Shown here in pieces: positions 11,054 through 20,365 of a stretch of 64,000 nucleotides of DNA (positions are counted from its first letter, which is position 1; every line of letters begins with the position of its first letter). A program made the translations under genes and the position numbers. The notes below the pieces were generated by a model. It did no database searches and was not told where the DNA came from. It saw nothing but the letters and a program-made list of their open reading frames with translations. The stretch is from Verrucomicrobiota bacterium (GTDB lineage Bacteria; Verrucomicrobiota; Verrucomicrobiia; Limisphaerales; UBA11358), in contig JBEKXN010000013.1 of the NCBI GenBank assembly GCA_049511835.1, positions 1,058 through 65,057 of the forward strand, written 5' to 3'.

Positions 11054-11106
11054 GTAGGGACGTCGCGCTGCGACGTCCGCGGACGGCCCGGCGGGCTATC
11101 CCTACC
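11054..11106. repeat. GGTAGGG…CCCTACC palindromic REP-like element
   Basis: ggtagggacgtcgcgctgcgacgtcc…ctatccctacc between convergent genes. The same end motifs occur at 14097..14201 and in clpB at 46689..46740. Confidence 0.7.
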
Positions 11107-11107
11107 G

Positions 11108-11749
11108 TTACTCGTCCTCCCGCGGTTCCAGCTTCGCAATCGCCGCCATGATTTCGTCGGCGATTTGCTGGTAGATTTCCTTGAGCCGTGCCCGGGAACA
11201 ATTTTTTGCCTCGGCCCGCAATTGTTCAAAACGCATCGGTTCGCCGTATTTCACCGCGACCTGAACCCGGCGCGGGAATTTTTGATTCCGCCCATACGCT
11301 TCAAAAGTTCCAAAGGTTCGCACCGGAATCACAACGGCATCCGATTTGATGACCGTCAGCCCGATGCCCGACCGCGCGGGCTGCAACCGGCCATCGTGCG
11401 TCCGCGTGCCTTCGGGAAACAAAATAATCGCGCCGCCGGCGAGCAACCGGTCTAAAATCGCTCTTAATCCCGCCGCGCCGCCGCCGTCGCGGTCCACCGG
11501 CACGGAATTCCACGAACGCAACAGCGCGCCGATGCCCGGAAAGCGAAACAAACTTTCGCGCGCGAGATAATTGATCGGACGGCGCAATCCCGAACCGACC
11601 AGCGGCGGGTCCAGAAAACTCGCGTGATTGGAGGCCAGAATGACCGGGCCGGTTTGCGATACCCGCTCCGCATTGAAGACGCGCCAGCGAAAATAAAATC
11701 GGTACAGCGCGCGAAAACCGATCCAGCCGAGGCGGTAGCTGAAGTTCAT
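11108..11749 (-). CDS. plsC: 1-acyl-sn-glycerol-3-phosphate acyltransferase
   Basis: HX4D motif (NHASFLD) and an FPEGTRT motif. Confidence 0.9.
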   Translation of the reverse strand: MNFSYRLGWIGFRALYRFYFRWRVFNAERVSQTGPVILASNHASFLDPPLVGSGLRRPINYLARESLFRFPGIGALLRSWNSVPVDRDGGGAAGLRAILDRLLAGGAIILFPEGTRTHDGRLQPARSGIGLTVIKSDAVVIPVRTFGTFEAYGRNQKFPRRVQVAVKYGEPMRFEQLRAEAKNCSRARLKEIYQQIADEIMAAIAKLEPREDE

Positions 11750-11915
11750 AAATGACTATGGAAATGACTAATTCCTAAACCATAATGACGAAAGAAGCCC
11801 GAAGCTCGAATAAGCAGACTGGCCAGCACATTGGTCATTTGGTCATTTGGAAATTCTTTAGTCATTCGGATTTAGGAATTAGTCATTCCGCCCAGCGGCA
11901 TGGCTCAGGAATTAG

Positions 11916-12566
11916 TCATTTCCCCGGCGCCAGCCGTTTACGGATTTCCGCCAGAATCAGGCCGCTCGTTTGTTCTGAAGTCATGCTCGAATTATTAATG
12001 ACCTTGGCGCCCAGCGCGATCATCAACGGCGCCGTTGCGCGCTGACTGTCGCGCTGGTCGCGCGCCGCGAGATTTTCCTGGATGCCATCGGCGGCGCGGC
12101 GGCGCGAGCGTTCCTCCAGTTTCGCGTCGAGATAAAATTTGAAATCGGTTTCGGGAAAAACATTCGTCCCGATGTCACGCCCCTCCATGACGAGATTGCC
12201 GAATTGGACGCACTCACGCTGGCGTTTGACCATCCATTTGCGCACCTGGGGAACCGCTGCGACGTGCGGCACGGCGGCGCTGGTTTCGGCGGTGCGGACC
12301 TCCCTTTCGGGATAATAACCGTCCACGAGCAGCCGCACGTGGCCATCCACACACACCAGAGACGTTTTCCATTTGCGGCACGCAGCGGCGACGGCCCTGG
12401 CGTTCTGCACGTCAATCCGGTGTTTCAGGCAATACCACGCCAGCGTGCGATACATCGCACCGGTGTCCACATAAACGTAGCCGAGCGCCCTGGCCACAAG
12501 CTTGGCGTTCGTGCTCTTGCCGCTGGCACTCGTGCCGTCAATGGCAATGATAATCGGTTGTTTCAT
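11916..12566 (-). CDS. cmk: cytidylate kinase
   Basis: IIAIDGTSASGKST P-loop and …DTGAMYR…. Confidence 0.95.
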   Translation of the reverse strand: MKQPIIIAIDGTSASGKSTNAKLVARALGYVYVDTGAMYRTLAWYCLKHRIDVQNARAVAAACRKWKTSLVCVDGHVRLLVDGYYPEREVRTAETSAAVPHVAAVPQVRKWMVKRQRECVQFGNLVMEGRDIGTNVFPETDFKFYLDAKLEERSRRRAADGIQENLAARDQRDSQRATAPLMIALGAKVINNSSMTSEQTSGLILAEIRKRLAPGK

Positions 12567-12575
12567 TAAATTTTC

Positions 12576-12646
12576 AATCGTTCTCGTGCTCGTCCTCGAA
12601 TTCCTTAAAGCCGATTACGAGAACGAGGAGGAGGACGAGGACGATT
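12576..12646. terminator. long hairpin between aroA and cmk (ctcgtcctcg family); possible terminator or attenuator
   Basis: aatcgttctcgtgctcgtcctcg … cgagaacgaggaggaggacgaggacgatt. A related hairpin lies at 16335..16418. Confidence 0.4.
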
Positions 12647-14047
12647 TTATTCCGCAAACAAATCCTCTTCCTTCAGCTTCCGCCCCGTCTTGGCATCCAG
12701 AATTGTCGCACCCAATCCTTTCGGCGGCGGCGCGGCCAGTTTCTGGAAAAAATTCGGAAACGTCTTTTTCACGCACGCGGGATTCTTGATTTTGATGCCG
12801 GGAACTTTCAATCCCAGAATTGCAAAACACATCGCCATGCGATGGTCATTGCAGGTTTCAATCTTCGCGCCGTGAAGTTTGGACGGATAAACCGTCAGCG
12901 TATCGCCTTCCTCAACGACTTTCGCGCCGCACTTGGTCAGTTCGGTCCGCAACGCCACCACGCGCTCGGTTTCCTGGACGCGCAGGCGGCCAAGGTCGGT
13001 AAAAAAGAATGGTTGCACTAATTTGAAAACTCCACACACAGCCCCTTTATCTGCGGCCAGAACGATTGCCGTCATGATGCTGTCGCCAAGTTGGGTTTCG
13101 CGCGAAATTTTTTCGGGAGGCGGGATGAAATGAGGAAAATCCGCATCAATTTGCCAACCGGATTTTGGCCAGTGTTTGACGCGCACAGGTGGATCACCAG
13201 AGCGAGCTTTGCTGACAGCGAATTCGATCCATTCGAATATAATTACATACCACGCCGCCGCCCAAAAATAACTTCCGCTGGACGCATCTGGCTCGATTTG
13301 AAATTTCCCGCCGTGATGAGGAAACACCTCGATCATCTTTGAAGTCATCGCCACATAAGGCGATTCCTCCGCGTTTTCCCCGACAACTTTCACTTCCCAG
13401 CCGCCGTGCTTTGCGCAGAGCAGCAGCGCCGACGCAAATTGCGAGCTTTCTTCGATGCTGACTTTTATTTTGCCTGTAGGAGACGACGTAAGGAGTCTCT
13501 GACTTTCTTTTTCAAATTGAGACTCGTCACCTCGTCTCCTACGGGGAGAACCATAAATCGTTGCCGGCAATTTATCATTCGGCGCATCCACGCGATAACC
13601 CAGCTCGCGCAATGCCAGGAACAACGCCGCCTGCGGGCGTTCGTGCATTCGCGGCACGCCGTGCAGCCGGAAAACACCCTTGCCCAGACAAACCAGCGCG
13701 GACAAAAACCGCGCCGCCGTGCCGGCGTTGCCCACGAACAGTTCCAAGGGATTTTCAATCGTGCCGCCGCCGGGAATTTTTCCACCCTGACCATAAACCG
13801 TGATGGTGCGATTGCATATTTCATCCGGGTCAGGCTTGACCTTGATTTGAAAACCCAATTTCTGAAGCGCCTCGACCATCACCTGCGTGTCCTCGCTCCA
13901 CAATGCGCCTTCAAGGGTCACTTCGCCGTCCGCCAGCGCCGCGAGGATGAGCGCGCGGTTGGTGATGCTTTTCGAGCCGGGCACGGTGATTTCCGCACGC
14001 ACCGGTTTGTCCAGCGGCACGATTTCGATGAGGTCGGGCAAGGCCAT
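12647..14047 (-). CDS. aroA: 3-phosphoshikimate 1-carboxyvinyltransferase (EPSP synthase)
   Basis: Start set at MALPDLIEIVPL (ATG at 14047), since the upstream ORF part is REP sequence. Motifs PGSKSITNRALILAAL and …NDHRMAM… are present. Carries an in-frame palindrome at 13473..13546. Confidence 0.93.
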   Translation of the reverse strand: MALPDLIEIVPLDKPVRAEITVPGSKSITNRALILAALADGEVTLEGALWSEDTQVMVEALQKLGFQIKVKPDPDEICNRTITVYGQGGKIPGGGTIENPLELFVGNAGTAARFLSALVCLGKGVFRLHGVPRMHERPQAALFLALRELGYRVDAPNDKLPATIYGSPRRRRGDESQFEKESQRLLTSSPTGKIKVSIEESSQFASALLLCAKHGGWEVKVVGENAEESPYVAMTSKMIEVFPHHGGKFQIEPDASSGSYFWAAAWYVIIFEWIEFAVSKARSGDPPVRVKHWPKSGWQIDADFPHFIPPPEKISRETQLGDSIMTAIVLAADKGAVCGVFKLVQPFFFTDLGRLRVQETERVVALRTELTKCGAKVVEEGDTLTVYPSKLHGAKIETCNDHRMAMCFAILGLKVPGIKIKNPACVKKTFPNFFQKLAAPPPKGLGATILDAKTGRKLKEEDLFAE

Positions 14048-14262
14048 TTTAACCACGGATGGACACGGATGGACACGGATAAGACATGGACTGACGGGTA
14101 GGGCGGGCAGTCCCCTGCCCGCCGTTCGTGCGAACACAAACTGCGGCGCGCACGGCTTGTCCCGCCATAGCCAGGCGGCGGCGGAAGTGACGCGCCCTAC
14201 CTGCAAATAATTTGCCGCTTCTATTTTCCAATCGGTGTTTATCCGCGTTCATCTGTGTTGAT

Positions 14263-15147
14263 TTACTCCGGTGACGGCGAGGCGCAGCCGGCACACCAGT
14301 TGTCGCGGCGTTTTTTGGCCGTTTCAAAAAACGTTGCGACGGCCTCCGCGTCGGCTTTTTTCAGCACGCGCCGGAATTTTTCCAAATCGGCGATGAAGGC
14401 ATCCAGCGACTTCGCCAGGTTCCGGCGATTGGCCAGGGCGATGTCGCGCCACATTTCGGGCGAGCCGGAGGCGATGCGCGTTGTGTCGCGAAAACCGTTC
14501 GCGCAAAGCGCGGCCTGATGTCTGGGCTGCGCCGGATTCAAAACATGGCTGGCCAAAGTCGCCGCGATGATGTGCGGCAAATGGCTCGACCGGCTCACGA
14601 GTGAGTCATGCATTTCCGGCGTCAATCGCAGCACGCGCGAACCCATCGCCCGCCAAAATTGTTCCACTCTTTTCAGCGCGGCCTGGTTTGTCTTTTTCGC
14701 CGGGGTCAGGACACAAACGGTGTTGACAAACAAATCCGCGCGCGCAGCGCTCACACCGGTTTTTTCCGCGCCGGCCATCGGATGGCTGCCGACAAAATGC
14801 GCGCCGGCTTTGGCCACCAGCGATTCGAGTTCGCGCACGACGCTGGCTTTGACGCTGCCGACATCGGTGACAATGGCGCCGCGCTTCAAGGCTGGAAGCA
14901 TTTCCCGGACGCGCGAACGCATTTGCGCGAGCGGTGTGCACAGGATGACGAGGTCGGCATCCCAAACCGCCGCCAGCAAATCGGTGGTGGCAAAATCCAC
15001 CGCCCCCGCCCTTTCACAGTCTTTCAGGCTGGCGCGACGGCGGACGAAGCCCGCGGTTTGGCGCGCGAGTTTCCGGCGTCGGACGGCCAGCCCGATGGAA
15101 CCTCCGAGCAGGCCGACGCCGATGATGGTGATCTTCCGGAAATGCAC
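14263..15147 (-). CDS. tyrA: prephenate dehydrogenase
   Basis: Rossmann start ITIIGVGLLGGSIGLA, …GSHPMAG…. Sits immediately upstream of aroA. Confidence 0.9.
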   Translation of the reverse strand: MHFRKITIIGVGLLGGSIGLAVRRRKLARQTAGFVRRRASLKDCERAGAVDFATTDLLAAVWDADLVILCTPLAQMRSRVREMLPALKRGAIVTDVGSVKASVVRELESLVAKAGAHFVGSHPMAGAEKTGVSAARADLFVNTVCVLTPAKKTNQAALKRVEQFWRAMGSRVLRLTPEMHDSLVSRSSHLPHIIAATLASHVLNPAQPRHQAALCANGFRDTTRIASGSPEMWRDIALANRRNLAKSLDAFIADLEKFRRVLKKADAEAVATFFETAKKRRDNWCAGCASPSPE

Positions 15148-15263
15148 GGCGGAAGCATAGAGGATGGAGGATGGAGGATGGAAGATGGAAATGTTTTAAA
15201 CCACGAAATACACGAACCATACGAAATGGTTTTCTTTTGTGTCATTTTGTGTGTTTCGTGGTT

Positions 15264-16328
15264 TCAAGAAATTTTTACCGGCTTTCCAGCTTCCTGCGCC
15301 GATTGCAGGCACGCATCCAGCACCTGCTGCGTCTTGAGCGCGATTCCCGGCCATTCGTCATTGAGTTTGCCGGAGAAAACCCGGTTCGCGAAGTTGCGAA
15401 TCATGTTCGTTTGCTGGGCGACGGTCTCGGCCCTGGCCCGCTTGCCGTCCCCGGCTTTGACCCGAATCGTCCTGCCGTTGACCTCAAAGGTGGTTTCCAA
15501 ATCGTTCACCGGATGGACAAAATCATCAACGCGCAACTGGCCTTTGGTACCGCTGATGTGAACCCAGTTTTGATATTCGGCGATGAAGGAACAGTAAAAG
15601 CCCGCGGAAAGGTCGTCGTTGAAAATCAGTTCGACGGAAAAATCCATCGGCACGGGTGAGTGGTTGCGGCTGGCGCCATGCCGGGAAAGGATGCGCCCGG
15701 TGACTTCGCGCGGCAGTTGCCCGTGCATGACATAAAGAATAAAGCGAATGCAATACCAGCCGAGGTCGCCGAGACAGCCGGCGGGTTCGAGCCGGCTGTT
15801 CATGCGGACGTTTGTCGGGAATTGATCCTCCGCCAGATGGAAACTGAAGTTGGACATAATGCGCTTGATCCGTCCGACGCTCTGGCCATCGTCGAGCACT
15901 TCGCGAATGCGGTTCAGGCGCGGATTATGCATGAACATCACACCGTCCATGAATTGCACGTGATTTTTCCGGCAGGCGGAAATCATCTCCCGAAGATCGG
16001 CCGCACTCAATGCGCAAGGCTTTTCGCAAATGACGTGTTTGCCCGCTTTCGCCGCACATAGGACCCATTCCTTGCGCAAACCGGTCGGTAGTGGAATGTA
16101 AGCCGCGTCCACGTTCTTCGACGCGATCAATGCTTCGTAACTGCCGAGCGCCATGGGCGTTGTCTCGAAAGGAGCTTCGGCCTGAAGCTCCTTGATGAAC
16201 CGCCGGCTGCGTGCAAGGTCACGACTGGCCACGGCGGTGACGACGGCATTACCGCTGTTGAAGATTGATTTCCAGTTTTTCCGCGCGATGTCCGCGGCAC
16301 CCAAAATTCCAAAACGGAGTTTGTTCAT
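15264..16328 (-). CDS. Gfo/Idh/MocA family oxidoreductase
   Basis: LRFGILGAADIARK N-terminal Rossmann fold and an EKP motif (ICEKPCA). Confidence 0.9.
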   Translation of the reverse strand: MNKLRFGILGAADIARKNWKSIFNSGNAVVTAVASRDLARSRRFIKELQAEAPFETTPMALGSYEALIASKNVDAAYIPLPTGLRKEWVLCAAKAGKHVICEKPCALSAADLREMISACRKNHVQFMDGVMFMHNPRLNRIREVLDDGQSVGRIKRIMSNFSFHLAEDQFPTNVRMNSRLEPAGCLGDLGWYCIRFILYVMHGQLPREVTGRILSRHGASRNHSPVPMDFSVELIFNDDLSAGFYCSFIAEYQNWVHISGTKGQLRVDDFVHPVNDLETTFEVNGRTIRVKAGDGKRARAETVAQQTNMIRNFANRVFSGKLNDEWPGIALKTQQVLDACLQSAQEAGKPVKIS

Positions 16329-16331
16329 AAA

Positions 16332-17318
16332 TTAAATCGCAATTCTCCTCGTCCTCGTTCCCGCCCTCGACCTTTTAATTTTCGATTGCGAGGACGAGGA
16401 CGACAACGAGGACGAATTTTTCGCCGCTTCACGCACCCGTTCCAAAATCACGTCGGCGATGTGCGGTTCGCTGCCGATGGCGGGCGAATACCAGACGAGT
16501 TTGCCGTTTTTCTCCGTCGGATTGCGCCACGCCGGCTGTCCGGTGGCCAGACGTTGTTCGACGACCCGTTTTGCCTCGCCGAGCAAAACCGGAATGTCCT
16601 CCTGCGTGTGCAGACCGTCACTGATGAAAAACGGCACCATCACCACGTATTTCGTTTGCGCCAGCGCAGGATAATCGGCAATGCGCGGTGATTCTTCCAG
16701 AAAAATCGCATGGACGGCGGCGTATAGATTTAGCGCCCGGATCAATCCGACCTGCCGCTCAATGGCCTGCCGCGAATTTTCATTCTTCTCCGTGCCATGT
16801 CCGGCAACGAACAGCGTGATGTCCTTCGGCTTGGGCGCGTGCGGGAATGGAAACTGTTCAACGATTTCCCGGGCACGGGCCAGGAGTGCACGGGTCATGC
16901 TATCGTGGGTACCGACCGGGCGGCAGTAATGGAGTGACGAGTGGCGAGTGACGAGTGACGAACGGCCAGCAAAGCCGAGTTCGCGCGGGATGACTTCGTC
17001 GCTGAAGTAACCCTCGCTGATGAACAGCGGCACGATGAACACCCACGGCGCGGAAATTTCTGACAGGATTTTTTTGATTTGCGGCTCCTGCTTCCAGAAC
17101 GCCTCGCGAACTTCGGCAAAAATTTTCCGGCGGCGCAATTCCGCTGCGTGCTGATACACCGGGGCGGCGGAATTGGCGTTCTGCGTCGTGCCATGGCCGA
17201 GCACCACCAGTGCGGCCTCGGAGAAATCGTCACCGTTCACGCGGCAAGGTTGGCGCAACCAAAGCCGGGAGTCGAGGGCGATGCTTGCCAATGGATAAAT
17301 TGTGCCAACGGATTTCAT
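16332..17318 (-). CDS. CbiX/SirB-type (sirohydrochlorin) chelatase, two-domain
   Basis: Two CbiX-like halves (LVVLGHGT…, FVAGHGT…). Start uncertain (17318 or 17390). The 3' end reads through a hairpin repeat. Confidence 0.75.
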   Translation of the reverse strand: MKSVGTIYPLASIALDSRLWLRQPCRVNGDDFSEAALVVLGHGTTQNANSAAPVYQHAAELRRRKIFAEVREAFWKQEPQIKKILSEISAPWVFIVPLFISEGYFSDEVIPRELGFAGRSSLVTRHSSLHYCRPVGTHDSMTRALLARAREIVEQFPFPHAPKPKDITLFVAGHGTEKNENSRQAIERQVGLIRALNLYAAVHAIFLEESPRIADYPALAQTKYVVMVPFFISDGLHTQEDIPVLLGEAKRVVEQRLATGQPAWRNPTEKNGKLVWYSPAIGSEPHIADVILERVREAAKNSSSLSSSSSQSKIKRSRAGTRTRRIAI

Positions 17319-17545
17319 AAAGGGAAATTTGTCCCGCTCTGCGGGATTGGGCCCTTTCATCCGTTGGCGAAAAAGACGGCCATTCTTCACCGCCCGGCCG
17401 GAAATTCCTTCCCTTGGAGAGCGACGACCCCAAACCCGATTGGATGCATTATGCGCAATCCGAACTACGGAATTTGGGTCAATCTGAAATCTTTTGACAT
17501 CCCGGGCGTCCTAAGTTCAAATTGTCCGCGAAATCAACTGAACCT

Positions 17546-17965
17546 ATGAAAATAACGACTTCGATTAAACTCACCGCCCTCGCACTGGCCGCCACGTTCG
17601 GGCTGGCGTTTGTCGCTGCCGCCGATACCGCTCAATTGCCGCCCGCTTCAACGAAAACCGGCGTGACTTTTGCCACCGACATCAAGCCCGTTTTCGACCA
17701 GTCCTGCGTCAAATGTCACAGCGGCGACAAACCAAAAGCCAAACTGAAGCTCGACAGCCTGGAAAACGCGCTCAAAGGCAGCAAGGATGGCAAGGTCGTC
17801 ATCGCCGGTGACAGTGCCAAAAGCCCGCTCGTTCAGAGCATCGCCCACGCGACCTCCGACCAGGATGCCTGGATGCCGCCCTTGCACAACAAGGCGAACA
17901 TCGGACCGCTCACGCCGGAACAAATCGGTTTGATCCGCGCCTGGATTGATCAGGGAGCGAAGTAA
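17546..17965 (+). CDS. secreted PSCyt1 (planctomycete-type cytochrome c) domain protein
   Basis: Signal peptide MKITTSIKLTALALAA… and a haem-binding CxxCH in IKPVFDQSCVKCHSGDKPKAKLKLDS. Confidence 0.75.
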   Translation: MKITTSIKLTALALAATFGLAFVAAADTAQLPPASTKTGVTFATDIKPVFDQSCVKCHSGDKPKAKLKLDSLENALKGSKDGKVVIAGDSAKSPLVQSIAHATSDQDAWMPPLHNKANIGPLTPEQIGLIRAWIDQGAK

Positions 17966-18105
17966 TTTCCCAACGAATTTCACAAGGCGCTGTCCGCCCT
18001 GGATTGCGCCTTTTTTGATTTCCAGCAGCCGGAATAAACTGCACCTACAGTTCGCTGCCGGATACAGCCTCGCCGGCGGCTTCTCGTGTCCACCTTCCTT
18101 CGGCC

Positions 18106-19362
18106 TTAAGGCACCCACTGGGCGCGGTAGAACTGCAATGTGTCGGAAGCATCAATTGTAAAGTTGGTATTGGTGCTTGCCAGCGTGTTGGTCTGGATCG
18201 GCGTCCAGTTCACCAGGTCGGTCGAGGAATAGATGGCGTAGCTCACGTTGGTCTGGCCATTCAAGCAAAAGGTAAGGCTGGTGGGAGTTATCAACTCCGG
18301 GTTGCTGATGGCAAACGGCAGGACCGTTTTCGAGAGGATTACATTCCCGCCGTTGGGCACAACATCGAACATGACGTAATTGGTCGAACTGACGGTAACG
18401 AGTTGCGCGCTTACCGGGTTGTTGTTCTGTGAGATGGCGGCGGCCGGCCAACCGGTCGGCAGCGGCCGGCGCAGCGTGATTGGATAGTTATAAATCGAGT
18501 TAGTAAGACTATTGGTCACCTGAATGGTAATGCTATCCCCCGTGTTGGACGTCTCGGCAACCGATGACGCATTGCGCTCCTGGATGTAACGAACGACATT
18601 GCCGAACGTTTCCACCCAGAACAGGGCCTGGTTGGTGCTCATATAGTTGACGCTTGCCTGCAACGTCGAACTCGGAAGCGGTGAATAGCCGTTGTCATTA
18701 TCAATCGCATGAATCAGAAAGACGCACCATCCGTTCGAAGCGATGGCACTGTTGGCTGTGTTCGTAAAATCCTGGAGTGTCTGCACCGATCCATAGATAC
18801 CGCAAATGAACGAGCTTATTTGCATGAAATCCGAGGGGGTGCTTGGAACGATGTTTTGCGAGCAAATCCGCGCAGCGATGTAGTATCTCGCGGTATATGT
18901 TTCGTTGGGAACCGTGCAATCAGGATAGGCCAAAGTGACGCATTGCTGATTGGTTACGTTCGCGTTAATGGCACTTCGAGAATTACTCAGTTCGCTTATC
19001 AACTGCCCGGTATTCAACGTGGTAAGGTCAAGATGGTCAACAGTATGGCTGCCGATTTCGTCTCCATACGATGCGGCGGTTTGCACTGGTGTCCATGACC
19101 TCCCGGGAAGCCAGCTCGCGGTCGTAACGGTGAACAGCGTCAGTTTGAAACCATTGGTGTGGAACATCGGGACCGCAATGGCATATTGATTCGGACAATC
19201 GTCATCGAACGTATAGGAAATCGCCGCCGGCCGGAATCCCTCCCACGTTCCTATTTCGTATGGAGCGGCAACTGAACCGGCCAGGCTGACCGAGGTGGTC
19301 AACGCCATGCTCAGAGCAACGGTAACTTCTATTTTCGATAAGCGTTTCGGATTGAAAATCAT
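18106..19362 (-). CDS. secreted polysaccharide deacetylase (NodB) family protein with C-terminal FYR module
   Basis: YTFDDDCPNQY and GSHTVDH motifs, a signal peptide, and a C-terminus …LQFYRAQWVP. Confidence 0.8.
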   Translation of the reverse strand: MIFNPKRLSKIEVTVALSMALTTSVSLAGSVAAPYEIGTWEGFRPAAISYTFDDDCPNQYAIAVPMFHTNGFKLTLFTVTTASWLPGRSWTPVQTAASYGDEIGSHTVDHLDLTTLNTGQLISELSNSRSAINANVTNQQCVTLAYPDCTVPNETYTARYYIAARICSQNIVPSTPSDFMQISSFICGIYGSVQTLQDFTNTANSAIASNGWCVFLIHAIDNDNGYSPLPSSTLQASVNYMSTNQALFWVETFGNVVRYIQERNASSVAETSNTGDSITIQVTNSLTNSIYNYPITLRRPLPTGWPAAAISQNNNPVSAQLVTVSSTNYVMFDVVPNGGNVILSKTVLPFAISNPELITPTSLTFCLNGQTNVSYAIYSSTDLVNWTPIQTNTLASTNTNFTIDASDTLQFYRAQWVP

Positions 19363-19669
19363 AGGATGATTATAGCATATGGGGCACAGGATGGCTATAG
19401 GGGAAAATACCTATTTGGAACCGGCCTCGGCACCAGCCGGAACAAAATCCATTTCCCTGCTCACACCGCCGGCCACCTTGCCGCCAACGGCTTCAATCTT
19501 TGCCGTGGCTTCATCACGTGACAGCGCCGGCAGCGTGCCGGTGAGCACGAACGTTTTTCCGGCAAAAACACCTCCTGACACGCCTGCGGCGCTGACCTTT
19601 TGCTTTGCGGTTTGATCCTTGATTTGCGAATGCGGGTAAGAGCTTTCCCCGGAGGCGACGCAAAGCAAT

Positions 19670-20353
19670 CTAAGACGCTTGCCGCCGCCACCACAGCAGC
19701 GCCACGCCCAAACCCATCCCCAACACCCCCACCGTACCTGGTTCCGGCACCACCTCCGCCGTGACCGAAAGCCCCCAGCTCTGCAGCGTCCCGATCCCGC
19801 CAGGCGACAAGTCCGCCACAAACAACGTCCAGGTCCCGTTCGGATCCAGCCCTGTGAACGAACTCAACATCGCGTCCCGACTGCTCGACCCCGTCACCAC
19901 TCCCGGATCCACATTCCGTCCGTCCGGCTGCCATATCCCCGTCAAACACCCCCCCTGCGGATTCAGCACGTTCTGATAAAAATGGATGTCCCCATTCATC
20001 GCGTTGTCGCTAAAAGTAACGTTGAGCCCGCTGTCCCCATACCCATTCGCACTGGTTCCCGTCACCCCGGGCCGATTCAGCAGCACCGCAAAGCCGCTCC
20101 CGCCGTGCCGCAGATACGCATAGTAATCCCCGTTCCAGCCCCCCGCTATATTCAGCGTCACCTGTAACGAATCAATCGACGTCGCCCCCGCAAAACTGAA
20201 CTCTTCCGTGTCCGCCACCCCGTTGGCATCCCAATCCGGTATCGTCAGTGAAGTCGAATAACTGGCCGTCATTAAGTCGGCCTGCACGCTGACTCCGCTC
20301 AACAGCAGCCCTACCGCCAACAAATTCCCCCAGCTTGTGTGTTTCTGTTTCAT
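19670..20353 (-). CDS. PEP-CTERM protein with proprotein-convertase P-domain-like body
   Basis: C-terminal [24 protein letters not shown] (PEP motif, TM segment, basic tail). The body has P-domain-like …[10 protein letters not shown]…G.L.SWGL…. Confidence 0.85.
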   Translation of the reverse strand: MKQKHTSWGNLLAVGLLLSGVSVQADLMTASYSTSLTIPDWDANGVADTEEFSFAGATSIDSLQVTLNIAGGWNGDYYAYLRHGGSGFAVLLNRPGVTGTSANGYGDSGLNVTFSDNAMNGDIHFYQNVLNPQGGCLTGIWQPDGRNVDPGVVTGSSSRDAMLSSFTGLDPNGTWTLFVADLSPGGIGTLQSWGLSVTAEVVPEPGTVGVLGMGLGVALLWWRRQAS

Positions 20354-20365
20354 GGTTGCTTCAGG

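Noticed and set aside
11785-12045. 86-aa ORF between plsC and cmk
   Set aside because: It is translated out of a ggtcatttggtcattt / aatgactaattcctaa hairpin repeat and overlaps the 3' end of cmk on the opposite strand.
15155-15195. Short tandem motifs (ggatggaggatggaggatgg here; acggatggacacggat at 14051..14090, 38299..38330 and 51088..51125; ctcaac arrays at 258..290, 59419..59478 and 60615..60678), considered as possible CRISPR or minisatellite arrays
   Set aside because: The units are 6-10 nt with no spacer-like unique sequence and no repeat/spacer periodicity of 25-40 nt. They look like dispersed low-complexity REP families. No CRISPR array is present in the window.
19411-19949. ORFs of 136-162 aa overlapping the 19.4-19.9 kb region
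   Set aside because: They overlap, out of frame, the PEP-CTERM gene and its downstream region. They are Arg/Gly-rich shadow ORFs without start context or motifs.
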